A DNA stretch of 64,000 nt from an uncultured Nitrososphaerota archaeon (GTDB lineage Archaea; Thermoproteota; Nitrososphaeria; Nitrososphaerales; Gagatemarchaeaceae). Below are positions 28,258 to 38,411 of this stretch, in pieces. The DNA lies in contig CAWISW010000002.1 of NCBI GenBank assembly GCA_963838925.1, forward strand, positions 32,001 through 96,000, written 5' to 3'. The notes beneath the pieces were generated by a model. It was not told the DNA's origin, did no database searches, and was given only the letters and a program-made list of their open reading frames with translations. Both the position numbers and the translations under genes were made by a program. Numbering within the stretch: the first letter of the stretch is position 1; each line of letters opens with the position of its first letter.

Positions 28258-28710
28258 TTGGCCTTAGACCCCCTGGAGCTCGCAACCATAGCCGCAATCG
28301 TTGTCGTCTTCTTCTTGTGGGGGCCGCAGAAGATCCCCGAGCTGGCAAGGATGGTCGCACAGGCTCGCAGGGAGTTCGACAGAGCATCAAAGGAGTTCCA
28401 GAACGTAGCAGTCGGCCTCCAGAACGGCACCAGCCCTCTCCTGGCGACGTCAACTCCCGCCAAGCCGGCCGCCGCCCTCCCGCAACCCCCTCTGCAGGAG
28501 GCGAAGTCCGCCTTCCCACAGCAGCCCGCCCCAGCGCAGGGGGCGAAGACAGGCGACGAGCTCCTCATCGAGGCTGCCAGGAGGCTCGGCATTCCGACCC
28601 AAGGAAAGACGAGGGAGCAGATCCAGCAGGACATAATCTCCATGGCGCAGCGCCCCCCGGCCGCCGGAGGGTCGCCCCCGCCGTCGACAGCCGGCGATCC
28701 AGCAGCCTAG
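28258..28710 (+). CDS. tatA: Twin-arginine translocase TatA/B family subunit
   Basis: TM helix then WGPQKIPELAR...ARREF. Confidence 0.85.
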   Translation: MALDPLELATIAAIVVVFFLWGPQKIPELARMVAQARREFDRASKEFQNVAVGLQNGTSPLLATSTPAKPAAALPQPPLQEAKSAFPQQPAPAQGAKTGDELLIEAARRLGIPTQGKTREQIQQDIISMAQRPPAAGGSPPPSTAGDPAA

Positions 28711-28792
28711 TTTGGTTGAAGTAGTTAGCATCATCTGCTCAAGTAAGATAGACCCGGATTCCAAAATATCGAGCCATCGATATCATGCTGAC

Positions 28793-28960
28793 ATGAGCAC
28801 CTACACGACAGGACAGACATGGGGAGCCCTTCGGAAGGCCTGGAAGGCATACAAGATCGCAAAGGTCCAGCACGACAATGCCAAGATGAAGGAGTACTCT
28901 GAGAGGATACGCACCCTCCAGACTCAGCTTGGCGTTCCGCAGTCCACCTTCGTAATCTAG
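28793..28960 (+). CDS. Small helical hypothetical protein (55 aa)
   Basis: MSTYTTGQTWGALRKAWKAYKIAK...; TATA-like AAAATAT upstream and T-tract downstream. Confidence 0.65.
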   Translation: MSTYTTGQTWGALRKAWKAYKIAKVQHDNAKMKEYSERIRTLQTQLGVPQSTFVI

Positions 28961-28978
28961 GCTTCTAACAGAGGGCAA

Positions 28979-29012
28979 CCCCCTCTCTTTCTTTTTTTGA
29001 AGAGGAGAGGGG
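28979..29012. terminator. Hairpin/T-tract terminator between convergent genes
   Basis: CCCCTCTC...T7...GAGAGGGG. Confidence 0.6.
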
Positions 29013-29023
29013 AAAAGGGCAGT

Positions 29024-29701
29024 TCAGAGTTCTTTTTCCAGTTCCGCGAGTATCGCGCGCACCCAGGCGTCTCCCATGTTGAGTCCCCTGAATGTGTCGC
29101 GCAGGCTCTTCTCGTTCTCGTCCACGAGCTGGTTCAAGACTCCCCCCTCCGCGTATCCTCCCGTGGACTTTCCTCCCACCGCCCTCGACACCTCCCTCAT
29201 CGCGAGGTTCCTCAGGTAGAGGAGCACCGACCTCTCGTCCTCGAGGCTCGTGAGCTTGGCGTCTATCTCCTTGATCAGCGACGCGAGCGGGCGGAGCTTC
29301 CTGTTCTCTTCGGGCCGTTGCATGACCTCCGCGAGCATCCTGAAGACCTCGCCGGAGGAGCTGGGGAGGTCGAGCTCGGGCAGCGGGTCGAACTCCACCA
29401 CCCTCGCCCTGAAGAGATTCGGGGCAAAGTCTATCGTCAGCGAGATGCTTCTGTTGAGGAGGTACTCCTTCCTCTTCGGGCCGTGGGGGCTCGCCTCCAT
29501 CTGGGACGAGACCACCCCTGTGTCCTCCATCGCGTCCAGGTGCTTCGCGACGAGCTGCTGGCTGAAGCCCAGCTCCTTCGAGATGCGAAGCTGGTAGCTG
29601 GGTTCCTTGCTAAGCTGCTTGATTATCTTGCGCCTCACCGGGTTCTCGACCGTCAGCAAGACGGAGTCGATGCCAGTGTCGTCCTCCTCTATCTTTGTCA
29701 T
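29024..29701 (-). CDS. Winged-helix regulator, Phr/HSR1 heat-shock regulator-like
   Basis: NPVRRKII...PSY...ISKELG.SQQLV.KHL...GPKRKEY...IDFAPNLF followed by coiled coil. Confidence 0.75.
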   Translation of the reverse strand: MTKIEEDDTGIDSVLLTVENPVRRKIIKQLSKEPSYQLRISKELGFSQQLVAKHLDAMEDTGVVSSQMEASPHGPKRKEYLLNRSISLTIDFAPNLFRARVVEFDPLPELDLPSSSGEVFRMLAEVMQRPEENRKLRPLASLIKEIDAKLTSLEDERSVLLYLRNLAMREVSRAVGGKSTGGYAEGGVLNQLVDENEKSLRDTFRGLNMGDAWVRAILAELEKEL

Positions 29702-29868
29702 TTGCCTATTGTTCCCGCAATCCTGTCCCTTTGCCTTTGCTGGGGGGCAAGCTATGCGTTCGTATTTACCCTCTCGTGCGTATAAAGCCTTCCATCGAGA
29801 GAGCCGCCATTCCCTCAACCTAGTATAGCAATAAATACTGAGGTCAGAGCTTCGGGCCATAACCTAGT

Positions 29869-31230
29869 TTGAGCTCGGCCGACCTGGTTATCAAGAACGG
29901 AAGGGTCGCCGTCTCATCATCGCTGAAGCCCTGCGCGATAGCCTCGAAGGGCGGGAAGGTCACTTGGATCGGCTCGAACTCCAACGCCCCGCGGGCGCAG
30001 GAGGTCATCGACGCCTCGGGCCTCATAGTCCTCCCGGGCGTCATCGACGTGCACGTGCACCTGCGAGACCCCGGCGCGACCTACAAGGAGGACTTCCGGA
30101 GCGGCACGGCCGCTGCCGCCGCAGGAGGGGTCACCACCGTCTTCGACATGCCGAACGGCAATCCTCCCACCAAGGACGTAGAGTCGTTCAGGATGAAGGT
30201 AAAGGCTGCAGAAGGCAAGGCCTTGGTCGACTACGCCCTCTACGGGCTCATCACGATGGGGAACTCCAGCGAGCTGCTGCCGCTGGCGGATGCCGGAGCA
30301 ATCGGCTTCAAGTGCTACATGGCGGAGACCACCGGCAGGGTCGCGCCTCCGTCAGACGGCGAGCTGCTGGACGACCTCGGGCTTGTCGGCAAGGCCGGGA
30401 TGCGGGTAGCGGTCCACGCGGAGGACGACTCCATCCTCCAATACCGAATCGCGAAGCTGAGGGCGGCGGGTAGGACGGACGCGCTTGCTCACCTGGAGTC
30501 CCGCCCCGCGATAGCCGAGGAGGAGGCCGTCCACAGGGCACTGATTCTCGCGAGGGAGGCAGGCTGCAACTTGCACGTCTCCCACCTCAGCAGCGAAGCC
30601 GGGGCGACGGAGGTGAGAGAGGCGAAGCGCTCTCGAAGGCGACGCGAAGGGAGCGTCACAGCGGAGACCTGTCCGCAATACTTGCTGCTCAGCAAGGAAG
30701 ACTACGCGGAGAAGGGCTCGATGATGAAATCCAACCCGTCGGTGAAGACGAAGGAGGACAGGCTAGCCCTCTGGAGGGCGGTGAGGGACGGTACTGTCGA
30801 CATGGTCGCAACCGACCACGCCCCCCACTCCGTACAAGAGAAGATCTCGGCAGCGTCGATATTCGACCGTGCCTCAGGCTTCCCCGGGCTCGAGACTTCG
30901 GTCGCCCTCATGCTCACCTGCGTGAACCGGGGCCTCCTCCCGCTCTCGAGGTACGTCCAGCTCTCCTCCGAAGGACCCGCCAAGGCGTGGGGGCTGCACC
31001 CGAAGAAGGGGCGGATTGCGGTCGGCGCGGACGCCGACTTTACGATCGTCGACACGAAGCTCGAGTGGACGATCGACCCGGCGAGGTTCCATAGCAAGGC
31101 GAAGTACAGCCCCTTCGAGGGGTTCAAGGCCAAGGGGGCGGCGGTCTACACGGTGGTCAGGGGTGTGCCTGTGATGGACCACGGCGAGATCGACAAGGGC
31201 TGCAGAGGGGAGATGCAGACGCCGCTTTGA
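29869..31230 (+). CDS. pyrC: Dihydroorotase (cyclic amidohydrolase)
   Basis: DVHVHLRDPG, GGVTT-FDMPN, ETCPQYL, TDHAPH; adjacent to pyrD. Confidence 0.85.
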   Translation: MSSADLVIKNGRVAVSSSLKPCAIASKGGKVTWIGSNSNAPRAQEVIDASGLIVLPGVIDVHVHLRDPGATYKEDFRSGTAAAAAGGVTTVFDMPNGNPPTKDVESFRMKVKAAEGKALVDYALYGLITMGNSSELLPLADAGAIGFKCYMAETTGRVAPPSDGELLDDLGLVGKAGMRVAVHAEDDSILQYRIAKLRAAGRTDALAHLESRPAIAEEEAVHRALILAREAGCNLHVSHLSSEAGATEVREAKRSRRRREGSVTAETCPQYLLLSKEDYAEKGSMMKSNPSVKTKEDRLALWRAVRDGTVDMVATDHAPHSVQEKISAASIFDRASGFPGLETSVALMLTCVNRGLLPLSRYVQLSSEGPAKAWGLHPKKGRIAVGADADFTIVDTKLEWTIDPARFHSKAKYSPFEGFKAKGAAVYTVVRGVPVMDHGEIDKGCRGEMQTPL

Positions 31231-31274
31231 CCGTCCCCCACCCGCCCCCAAGTCGGGAGAGGTGGCGGACGTAG

Positions 31275-32294
31275 ATGGACGCCTACAGGGTCGCCAGCCC
31301 CCTTCTCTTCGCCCTCGACCCTGAGAGGGCGCACAACCTCGGGCTCAGCCTCATGAGGTTCGCGTCCAAGATATCGGTCGACCCGATGCCAGTCAAGACA
31401 GCGCTCGGGGAGCTCTCCAACCCGCTTGGGATGCCCGCTGGCTACGACAAGACAGGGACGCACCTCCACAGCCTCGCCAGGCTCGGCTTCGGTTACATCG
31501 TCGCAGGGACGTTCACCCTCTCGCCTTGGCCCGGAAACCCGAAGCCGAGGGTCGCAAGGAACCGGAACGACAAGACCCTCGTGAACGCCCTCGGGTTCCC
31601 GAACCCTGGAGTGGACTCGTTCGTCCTCAGCCTGAGGTCGAGGAAGCCCCCCGAGGTCCCGCTTGTCGCGAGCATCAGCGGAAAGACCGTCGAGGATGTC
31701 CTCGAGTGCTACAACAAGGTCCAGGAGCACGTCGCAGGGGTCGAGCTCAACCTCAGCTCCCCCAACACCCCGGACCTCAAGGACCTCAGGGCGCCTGAAG
31801 CCTTCGCCGAGCTCGCCCAGGCGATGAGGGACAAGAAGCTCAAGCCGACGTACCTCAAGACGCCTCCCTTCGTAGACGATTCCCAGTACCTCGGGGTCAT
31901 GAAGCTCATCAAGAGCTGGGAGTCGTTGGGCTTCGAGGGAGTGACCGCCTCGAACTCCATCCCAATCGAGGACGCTCGGATGGCCGTCGGCAGGGGCGGC
32001 TGGAGCGGCCCCCCGTTGCTGGCTCACACGAAGGCTGCCGTCGAGAGAATCAGGAGCGTAGCGAGCCCTCTCTTCGAGATCAACGCCTGCGGGGGCATCA
32101 GCAGCGCGGCCGACGCCGCGGCGCTGCTCGAGCTTGGTGCCACCACAGTCCAGGTATTCACAGGGCTCGTCTACCAAGGACCTGCGCTGGTGAAGGGCAT
32201 ACTCACCGACCAAAGGGTCAGGCGGGCTGTCGAGGCGAGGAAGACCGCGATGTGGTCAGGGCCTGCCGCACATCCTCCAAGCGAGAAGAGCTAG
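31275..32294 (+). CDS. pyrD: Dihydroorotate dehydrogenase class 2 (quinone)
   Basis: DPERAH, AGYDK, GNPKPR, NALGFPN, NLSSPNT. Confidence 0.92.
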   Translation: MDAYRVASPLLFALDPERAHNLGLSLMRFASKISVDPMPVKTALGELSNPLGMPAGYDKTGTHLHSLARLGFGYIVAGTFTLSPWPGNPKPRVARNRNDKTLVNALGFPNPGVDSFVLSLRSRKPPEVPLVASISGKTVEDVLECYNKVQEHVAGVELNLSSPNTPDLKDLRAPEAFAELAQAMRDKKLKPTYLKTPPFVDDSQYLGVMKLIKSWESLGFEGVTASNSIPIEDARMAVGRGGWSGPPLLAHTKAAVERIRSVASPLFEINACGGISSAADAAALLELGATTVQVFTGLVYQGPALVKGILTDQRVRRAVEARKTAMWSGPAAHPPSEKS

Positions 32295-32309
32295 CTGCGG
32301 CCGCCCGTG

Positions 32310-32888
32310 TCATGCTAGCACTGTGATGACGCCCCTCATCCAGTCGGGGTGCCACATGCAGTAGTAGTGATAGACTCCGGGGACGGTGAAGGTCACCGTG
32401 TACGTCTCGTTGGTCCCGAGTATCAGGTCGACCTGCGTCCCGCCGGTCGGTACGACGTCCGTCACAACCGTGTGCTGGCTGAGGTTGTCCTGGTTGATCC
32501 AGGTCACCGAGTTGTTCACCCCTACCACGACCTTGACGTTCGCCGGGACGTAGTTCAAGCTCTGGTTGTCTGCTATCCCCTTGGGGATGATGATGAGCGT
32601 GTCGTTGAAGAACAGGCCGAGCTTGTATCCCGGGGTGGTCGAAGTCACCGTCACAGTTTGGAAGGACGTGACGCCCGATCCCGAAGTGACCAGCGTCTGT
32701 GTGGTGGTGATCGTCGAATCGCTCGTCGCGGTTATCGTCGTCGGGGAGATGAGCTGCGAAACGATGGTGGTAAGGCTGTTCTGCTGGCTGCTCAGGTCCG
32801 TGTAGAAGTAGATCCCTTCAGAGAGGGCCGCGACCAGGAGGACAAGGACGGTGCCCGCGAATATCCTGGAGGAGACTCCTCGTCTCAA
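32310..32888 (-). CDS. Membrane-anchored type-1 blue copper protein
   Basis: HTV...YYCMWHPDWM ligands; RRG|VS class III-like signal; Thr-rich linker. Confidence 0.85.
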   Translation of the reverse strand: MRRGVSSRIFAGTVLVLLVAALSEGIYFYTDLSSQQNSLTTIVSQLISPTTITATSDSTITTTQTLVTSGSGVTSFQTVTVTSTTPGYKLGLFFNDTLIIIPKGIADNQSLNYVPANVKVVVGVNNSVTWINQDNLSQHTVVTDVVPTGGTQVDLILGTNETYTVTFTVPGVYHYYCMWHPDWMRGVITVLA

Positions 32889-32996
32889 GGTAGCCGAACG
32901 AGTCGTTTGTTATATTAAAGACTATTTCCAATTCCCCGGCCGGCCGGGCGCACAGTGAACTACGGTTGAGCCACAAGACTTAATCAACAACTCGCC

Positions 32997-33815
32997 TTGC
33001 TTGGGGGCATGCTGGGTTTCGCTGAGACCTTCGGCGCGATCATCGGCTCATTCCTCGTCCCAGCATTCGTCGGGCTCCTAATCATCACGGCGGCCTCTCG
33101 TTCTGTGAGCCCAAAGTACCTGGCCGCGTTCGCGGTGGGCCTCTACCTGTGGTTCTTCTCCGACACCATCGGCGACGCTTCGCTCCTCGGGGTGAGCGAA
33201 GGGTTCACGGGGGGTTTCTGGCACGTCGCCCTCTGGGTGCTTTTCGCGATAGGTGTCATCGCCCTATTCGCGATCGACGGCAAGATGTTCGCCGAGGGCT
33301 CCCCAGGCGAGAGCCTGGGCTTCGCGATTCCGCTCCTAGTGGCTGTCGCCGTAGGCATCCACGGGTTCGGAGAGGGCGCCGCCATCGGTGCCACCGCGGC
33401 CACCACTCCCAGCACGAACCTCCTCGACGCGTTCGGCGGGCTGTCCGCGGCCGCCGCGTTCATCCTACACAAGGGCCTCGAGCCGATGATGGTAGGCGCC
33501 GCATACATCGCCTACGCCAAGGACCACGCGAGGGACATGGCCGGGCGCCTGAAGGACGTGTCAGTGCTGACGCTCGCCTTCACCCTCCCCGGGATCGTGG
33601 GCGGGGCGACAGCCTACTACTTGGTCCAGGCGTATCCGAGCGCGGACTTCACGTACGTCTTCGCCCTCGGACTAGGGACTTCGATCTATGCCGCCGTGAG
33701 GCTCGCAAGGCCGATGTTCCAAGGGACGGGGTCGAACTCAGAGTCAACGAAGACCGCCCTGGCGTTGATAATCGGCTTCACATGCCTTTATCTGGCGGCC
33801 TCGCTTCATTCATGA
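32997..33815 (+). CDS. ZIP-like divalent metal transporter
   Basis: GIHGFGEG and HKGLE TM motifs, about 8 TM helices. Confidence 0.7.
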   Translation: MLGGMLGFAETFGAIIGSFLVPAFVGLLIITAASRSVSPKYLAAFAVGLYLWFFSDTIGDASLLGVSEGFTGGFWHVALWVLFAIGVIALFAIDGKMFAEGSPGESLGFAIPLLVAVAVGIHGFGEGAAIGATAATTPSTNLLDAFGGLSAAAAFILHKGLEPMMVGAAYIAYAKDHARDMAGRLKDVSVLTLAFTLPGIVGGATAYYLVQAYPSADFTYVFALGLGTSIYAAVRLARPMFQGTGSNSESTKTALALIIGFTCLYLAASLHS

Positions 33816-34303
33816 CGCAGGCCCACCTCGGAATGAATCCTAACCAACGCATAGTCCTCGTAGTGTTAGTTGTGGCGCTCATCGGTGCCAGCGCGACCAT
33901 CGGGCTGTACCTTGTCAGCAGGGGCGGAGGGGGGGGCTCGAGGCAGCTCCCTGCGGGCTGCGTCAAGCCGCCCGGCGGTTTCCTGATAATCGCCAGCAAC
34001 CTGGGCTACAACGACAGCGTTACCCACGGCGCGCCCGCGAAGTCGTGGCCGGTAATCACGGTCAAGCAGGGCCAGACCGTGAACATAACCGTGTGCAACA
34101 TCGACGTCCAGGCCCACGGCTTCCAGATAGGGCACTACTACGACGTCTCGACGGTCGGGGTGGTCACCATCGTCCCCGGCCAGGTGCTCAAGGTCCCCGC
34201 CTTCGTGGCCAACGAGACGGGATCGTTCCAGATCTATTGCGACATCTTCTGCTCGATTCACATCTACATGCAGAGCGGGCTGCTGAACGTGACTTCAGCA
34301 TAG
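33812..34303 (+). CDS. Membrane-anchored cupredoxin with CuA-like motif
   Basis: HGF...CDIFCSIHIYM; ATGA overlap with upstream stop. Confidence 0.8.
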   Translation: MTQAHLGMNPNQRIVLVVLVVALIGASATIGLYLVSRGGGGGSRQLPAGCVKPPGGFLIIASNLGYNDSVTHGAPAKSWPVITVKQGQTVNITVCNIDVQAHGFQIGHYYDVSTVGVVTIVPGQVLKVPAFVANETGSFQIYCDIFCSIHIYMQSGLLNVTSA

Positions 34304-34350
34304 GCGACCCTGCCCTACGTCCGCCAGGCTAAACCTTCATATTTCGAAAC

Positions 34351-34680
34351 GTGGTGTTTGACTCATTGTTCCTGATCACCTCTGACCCCGACGACGCGAT
34401 GCACCTGCTCTTGGCGGTGCTATCTGTGCTCTTGATGATAGTGTCGGTGAACGCCTACAGAAAGAGGCCAGAGAGCAGGTACTTCCTCCTCATGCTCGCC
34501 TTCGTCTTCCTCTGCCTTGACCAAGTGGTCACCGCGTATCAGGAGTTCTTCCTCGGCGGCGAGCTCATCGGGCTGCCATTCGTCGACCTTCACCTCATCC
34601 ACTTCCTAGAGCTCTTGATGATACTCAGCTTTCTCGCAGCGATCGTGAAGCCCTCGAAGAGAGGCGAGGTCATGCCTTGA
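34351..34680 (+). CDS. Small three-TM membrane protein
   Basis: Hydrophobic helices; overlaps downstream regulator start. Confidence 0.7.
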   Translation: MVFDSLFLITSDPDDAMHLLLAVLSVLLMIVSVNAYRKRPESRYFLLMLAFVFLCLDQVVTAYQEFFLGGELIGLPFVDLHLIHFLELLMILSFLAAIVKPSKRGEVMP

Positions 34681-35192
34681 ACGAGGATGTCAACTTCAAC
34701 AAGATGAGAGCCAAGTCCCTGGTGGGTCTCTTCCCCGGGATCCATCTGAGGAAGCTCCAGAGGCTCCTCGGCACATCGTTCAGCACGACGCGGTACCACG
34801 TCGACCATCTCTTGCGGGAGGGCGACATTGTCTCTGAGCACGAGAGGGGGTACACCCGGCTCTTCCCTAGCGGGATCGATGAGCAAGACCGGAGGATCTA
34901 CGCCGGCCTGCAGAACAAGAGTACGCGTTCGGTCCTCCATGCACTGATCAGCTCCCAGCCACTGAACAAGGCAGAGATGGCCGACGCAACCCGGCTCAGC
35001 AAGTCGACGGTAGCAAGACAGGTGGAGTCGCTGAAGCTCTTGGAGATGATCGAGCAGGCAGGGTCCCGCGGTGGTCAGCCCGGCTATAGGGTCGTCGACG
35101 CCAAGAAGGTGGCCCTCATCCTGTCGGCCCTGGAGAGGAGCCCCCTGAGAGCGGCCACGGACAACTTCATCGACCTTTGGGGCGGGTACTGA
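34677..35192 (+). CDS. Double winged-helix transcriptional regulator
   Basis: PGIHLR.LQR...STTRYH and second HTH LSKSTVARQV. Confidence 0.82.
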   Translation: MNEDVNFNKMRAKSLVGLFPGIHLRKLQRLLGTSFSTTRYHVDHLLREGDIVSEHERGYTRLFPSGIDEQDRRIYAGLQNKSTRSVLHALISSQPLNKAEMADATRLSKSTVARQVESLKLLEMIEQAGSRGGQPGYRVVDAKKVALILSALERSPLRAATDNFIDLWGGY

Positions 35193-35337
35193 GCGGCAAG
35201 CTCCGCCCTCGTCAGCGGCTTCCTGGGTCTGCTCCGATTCTGTCAGTGCGCGGTCCGGAGGCAAGAAGAGCTGTCTGTGCTCAGAGCTCTTCGACCCGGG
35301 TCTGCCTTATCAATGGGCGGCCGCCCAGTATCTCGCC

Positions 35338-36171
35338 TTGGGCGAAGTCATCCTCGGCACATCGGGGTGGTCGTACAAGGAGTGGGAGGGTCCCTTCTAT
35401 CCCAAGGGAGAGAAGAAGAAGCTCACCTTCTACTCCAAGTTCTTCAAGACCGTGGAGATCGACTCCACCTTCTACGCCTACCCAAGCCAGGGAATGATCA
35501 TCGGAGCCGCCAGGAGCACTCCGGCCGGGTTCGTCTTCAGCGCCAAGCTCCCGAAGCTGATCACCCACGAGAAGACCGTCGACGTCGAGCGAGGAGTCAA
35601 GGAGGACCTCTTCAGGTTCATGCATCTGATGAAGCCGCTCATAGATGACGGCAAGCTCGGCCCGCTCCTCATCCAGCTCCCTCCGAGCTTCTCTTACTCC
35701 GCTGGGATGAGGAAGCTCCGGGGCTTCCTCGACGTTCTCCCATCTGACGTGTCCTTCGCAGCCGAGTTCCGGAACAGGTCTTGGTTGGGGAAGGGGGACG
35801 CACTCGACATTCTGAGGGCTCACAATGTCGCCGTGACCACCGTCGACGAGCCCCTGCTCCCTCCTAACACCATGACGACCGCTGACTTTGCGTTCGTGCG
35901 TTGGCACGGCCGCGGGGAAAGGCCATGGTACAACTACCGATATCGGCAGGAGGAGCTCAAGGGCTGGGAGAAGAAGGTCAAGGAAATCGCGACCAAGACA
36001 AAGAAGGTCTACGGCTACTTCAACAACCACTTCCACGGATTCGCCGTCGAGAACGGCCTGCAGATGATGGGGCTGCTGGGCTCGGCCGACGCAGAGCAGC
36101 GGAAGCTCCTCGCTCAGGTGACAAAGAGGATCGACGCCGGGTTCAACAGAGAGCAGGTCACCTTGATGTAA
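35338..36171 (+). CDS. DUF72 family protein
   Basis: GTSGWSY, VEIDSTFY, QLPPSF, EFRN, RWHG, YFNNH. Confidence 0.93.
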   Translation: MGEVILGTSGWSYKEWEGPFYPKGEKKKLTFYSKFFKTVEIDSTFYAYPSQGMIIGAARSTPAGFVFSAKLPKLITHEKTVDVERGVKEDLFRFMHLMKPLIDDGKLGPLLIQLPPSFSYSAGMRKLRGFLDVLPSDVSFAAEFRNRSWLGKGDALDILRAHNVAVTTVDEPLLPPNTMTTADFAFVRWHGRGERPWYNYRYRQEELKGWEKKVKEIATKTKKVYGYFNNHFHGFAVENGLQMMGLLGSADAEQRKLLAQVTKRIDAGFNREQVTLM

Positions 36172-36275
36172 GGGACCTCTATGACACCGCAGCGTCGTAG
36201 AGGGGTCAGATGGGTGCACCAACAGGGTTCGCGAGGTTTTATCTACGTTCGAGGAGGAAGAACAGGGAGGACCTC

Positions 36276-38321
36276 TTGCAAGAAGACGGCTCGACGATTC
36301 GTGATTCCCTGGGGGCGCTCTTCAATCCTAGGAGCATCGCCGTCGTAGGCGCGTCAAGGAATAGGGACAAGATAGGCAACCTGGTCTTCCGGAACCTCGC
36401 GTCCACCTTCAAGGGGAAGCTCTACCCTGTCAACTCAAGCGGGGCGGACGTGGAGGGAGTAAAGTCGTACGCCTCTCTGTCCATGATCGAGGAGGACGTC
36501 GACCTCGTCGTGGTCGCTGTCCCGAGGGACGCAGTGCCTGACGTGATGCTGGATGCGGCGAAGAAGCGGGTCCGCGGTGCGGTAGTAATCACGTCAGGGT
36601 TCAGGGAGGTCGACGAGCACGGGGCTTGGCTCGAGCAGAGGATCAAAGAGATTGCCGCCGCGGCGGGGATCAGGCTCTTCGGGCCCAACACCCTCGGTCT
36701 GGTGACCCCCTCGTTCAACGCAACGTTCACGTTCTCTGACGTCCCCCGGGGGAAGGTCGCGCTGGTCGCGCAGAGCGGCGGGCTCGGCGTCTACATGCTT
36801 GAGTGGGCCCAGCGCAGCAGGACCGGGATCAGCTACTTCGTGAGCCTCGGCAACCAGGCGGACGTCTCAGAGTCCGACGCGATGGAGTTCCTCGCCGCCG
36901 ACCCCTCGACAAGCGTGATTTTCGTCTACTTGGAGAGCGTCAGCGACGGGAAGAAGTTCCTCGAGCTCGTCCCGGAGGCCACGAAACGGAAGCCCGTGAT
37001 CTTTCTGAAGGGCGGCCTAGGAAAGAAGGCCTCCGAGGCGGCCAGGACTCACACCGGAAGCCTCGCGGGATCCGCGGACGTGTTCAAGGCGGCCGTCAAC
37101 GCCGTTGGCGGGATGCTTGTCGAGAACTTGGAGGACTCGCTCAACCTCGCGAGGCTGCTCATTGGCGAAGAGGAGATCAAGCCTGACATCCTGGTGGTCA
37201 CCAACTCCGGCGGGCACGGCGTGATAACCGCCGACGAGATAGAGCGCCGCTCACTCAGACTGGCATCGCTCCCCGAGGAGGCGGTCTCGCGCCTGGCCGG
37301 GATCCTCCCACCCCAGATCCGTCCTAGGAACCCGCTCGACCTCTCGGGAGACGCGACGGCCCAGAGGTACGCGGAGTCGCTGTCGCAAGTCCAGGACCTT
37401 GGGTGCACGAAGCTCGTGCTCGTGCAATCCCTTCCCCTCCTGAGCTGCGTCGAGGTCGCGGACACGATCATGCGGTTCAAGGGGAAGAGCATGGTCGGGG
37501 TAATGATGGGGACTGACGAGGACGCGGCCACGAAGGTCCTGGACGTCGGCGGCATCCCGAGCTTCAAGTTCCCCGAGGACGCCGTCCGGGCAATCAGCTA
37601 CTTCGTGAACCGGCCCACGCCGAGGAATAAGACTAGGACTCCGAATCCGAGCGAGGCCGCGAGGAACCTCGTCTCTGGCAAGCGGTTCCTGACAGACAGC
37701 GAAGGATTGCGGCTAATGGAGCTCTACGGGATAAAATTGCCTCGCTACGGGGTGGCCTCCACCATCGAAGAAGCCCAGAGGCTCGCCGAGAGCGTCGGGT
37801 ATCCGGTCGTGATGAAGATATCCCCAGACGAGCCGGTCCACAAGACCGAGCTCAAGGGAGTCGTCATGAACGTCGCCGGTTCAGAGCGGGTCAAGAGCGT
37901 CTTCTCCGACCTGTCGAAGATCACGAGGCGTGTCATGATCCAGCAGCAGGTCAGCGGGCTCGAGGTGTTCGTCGGGGGGATAGACGATTCCACCTTCGGC
38001 CAGACCGCACTCGTCTCGGCAGGAGGCATCTACGTGGAGGTGATGGGCCGCCCCTCCCACAGGCTGGCTCCGGTCGAGGAGGACGAGGCGGTGGAGATGC
38101 TGCACGAGAGCAGGGTTCACGACATGTTGAACGCGAGGAACCGGGGCTACGACGAGCGTGCCCTGCTGAGGACGATCGAGCAGGTCTCGCGGATGACCGT
38201 CGACCTTCAGATCGGCGAGTTGGACCTGAATCCGGTAATCGTCAACGAGGAAGGTGCGTTCGTCGTGGACATCCGCGTCGTCTTGGGAGGGAGAGGCGAC
38301 GGCTCCGCGGCCTCTGTGTGA
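36276..38321 (+). CDS. ADP-forming acetate/acyl-CoA ligase, fused alpha-beta
   Basis: PRSIAVVGAS, GPNTLG, QSGG, THTGSLAG, NPLDL, HKTE, LDLNP; GGAGG SD before TTG. Confidence 0.92.
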   Translation: MQEDGSTIRDSLGALFNPRSIAVVGASRNRDKIGNLVFRNLASTFKGKLYPVNSSGADVEGVKSYASLSMIEEDVDLVVVAVPRDAVPDVMLDAAKKRVRGAVVITSGFREVDEHGAWLEQRIKEIAAAAGIRLFGPNTLGLVTPSFNATFTFSDVPRGKVALVAQSGGLGVYMLEWAQRSRTGISYFVSLGNQADVSESDAMEFLAADPSTSVIFVYLESVSDGKKFLELVPEATKRKPVIFLKGGLGKKASEAARTHTGSLAGSADVFKAAVNAVGGMLVENLEDSLNLARLLIGEEEIKPDILVVTNSGGHGVITADEIERRSLRLASLPEEAVSRLAGILPPQIRPRNPLDLSGDATAQRYAESLSQVQDLGCTKLVLVQSLPLLSCVEVADTIMRFKGKSMVGVMMGTDEDAATKVLDVGGIPSFKFPEDAVRAISYFVNRPTPRNKTRTPNPSEAARNLVSGKRFLTDSEGLRLMELYGIKLPRYGVASTIEEAQRLAESVGYPVVMKISPDEPVHKTELKGVVMNVAGSERVKSVFSDLSKITRRVMIQQQVSGLEVFVGGIDDSTFGQTALVSAGGIYVEVMGRPSHRLAPVEEDEAVEMLHESRVHDMLNARNRGYDERALLRTIEQVSRMTVDLQIGELDLNPVIVNEEGAFVVDIRVVLGGRGDGSAASV

Positions 38322-38345
38322 CCGAGGACAGCCCGAGTCCTTGCC

Positions 38346-38365
38346 GTTGTCAGACTTGGGAATCG
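38346..38365 (+). promoter_or_regulatory. TCA-N4-TGR palindrome 12 nt upstream of TATA
   Basis: GTTGTCA-GACT-TGGGAATCG then TTTTAT at 38376. Confidence 0.55.
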
Positions 38366-38411
38366 TGTCCCCTCTTTTTATCGAGAAATGCCCCTCTACA
38401 TTCGAGGGAAA

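Noticed and set aside
29869-31230. Allantoinase feeding the AllFGH-like cluster
   Set aside because: The HxHxR motif and adjacency to pyrD favour dihydroorotase.
33149-33811. Long N-terminal extension of ORF 33149-34303, and other long Arg/Gly-rich or antisense ORFs (e.g. 31146-32213, 62723-63904, 35281-36222)
   Set aside because: Shadow frames of real genes in GC-rich DNA.
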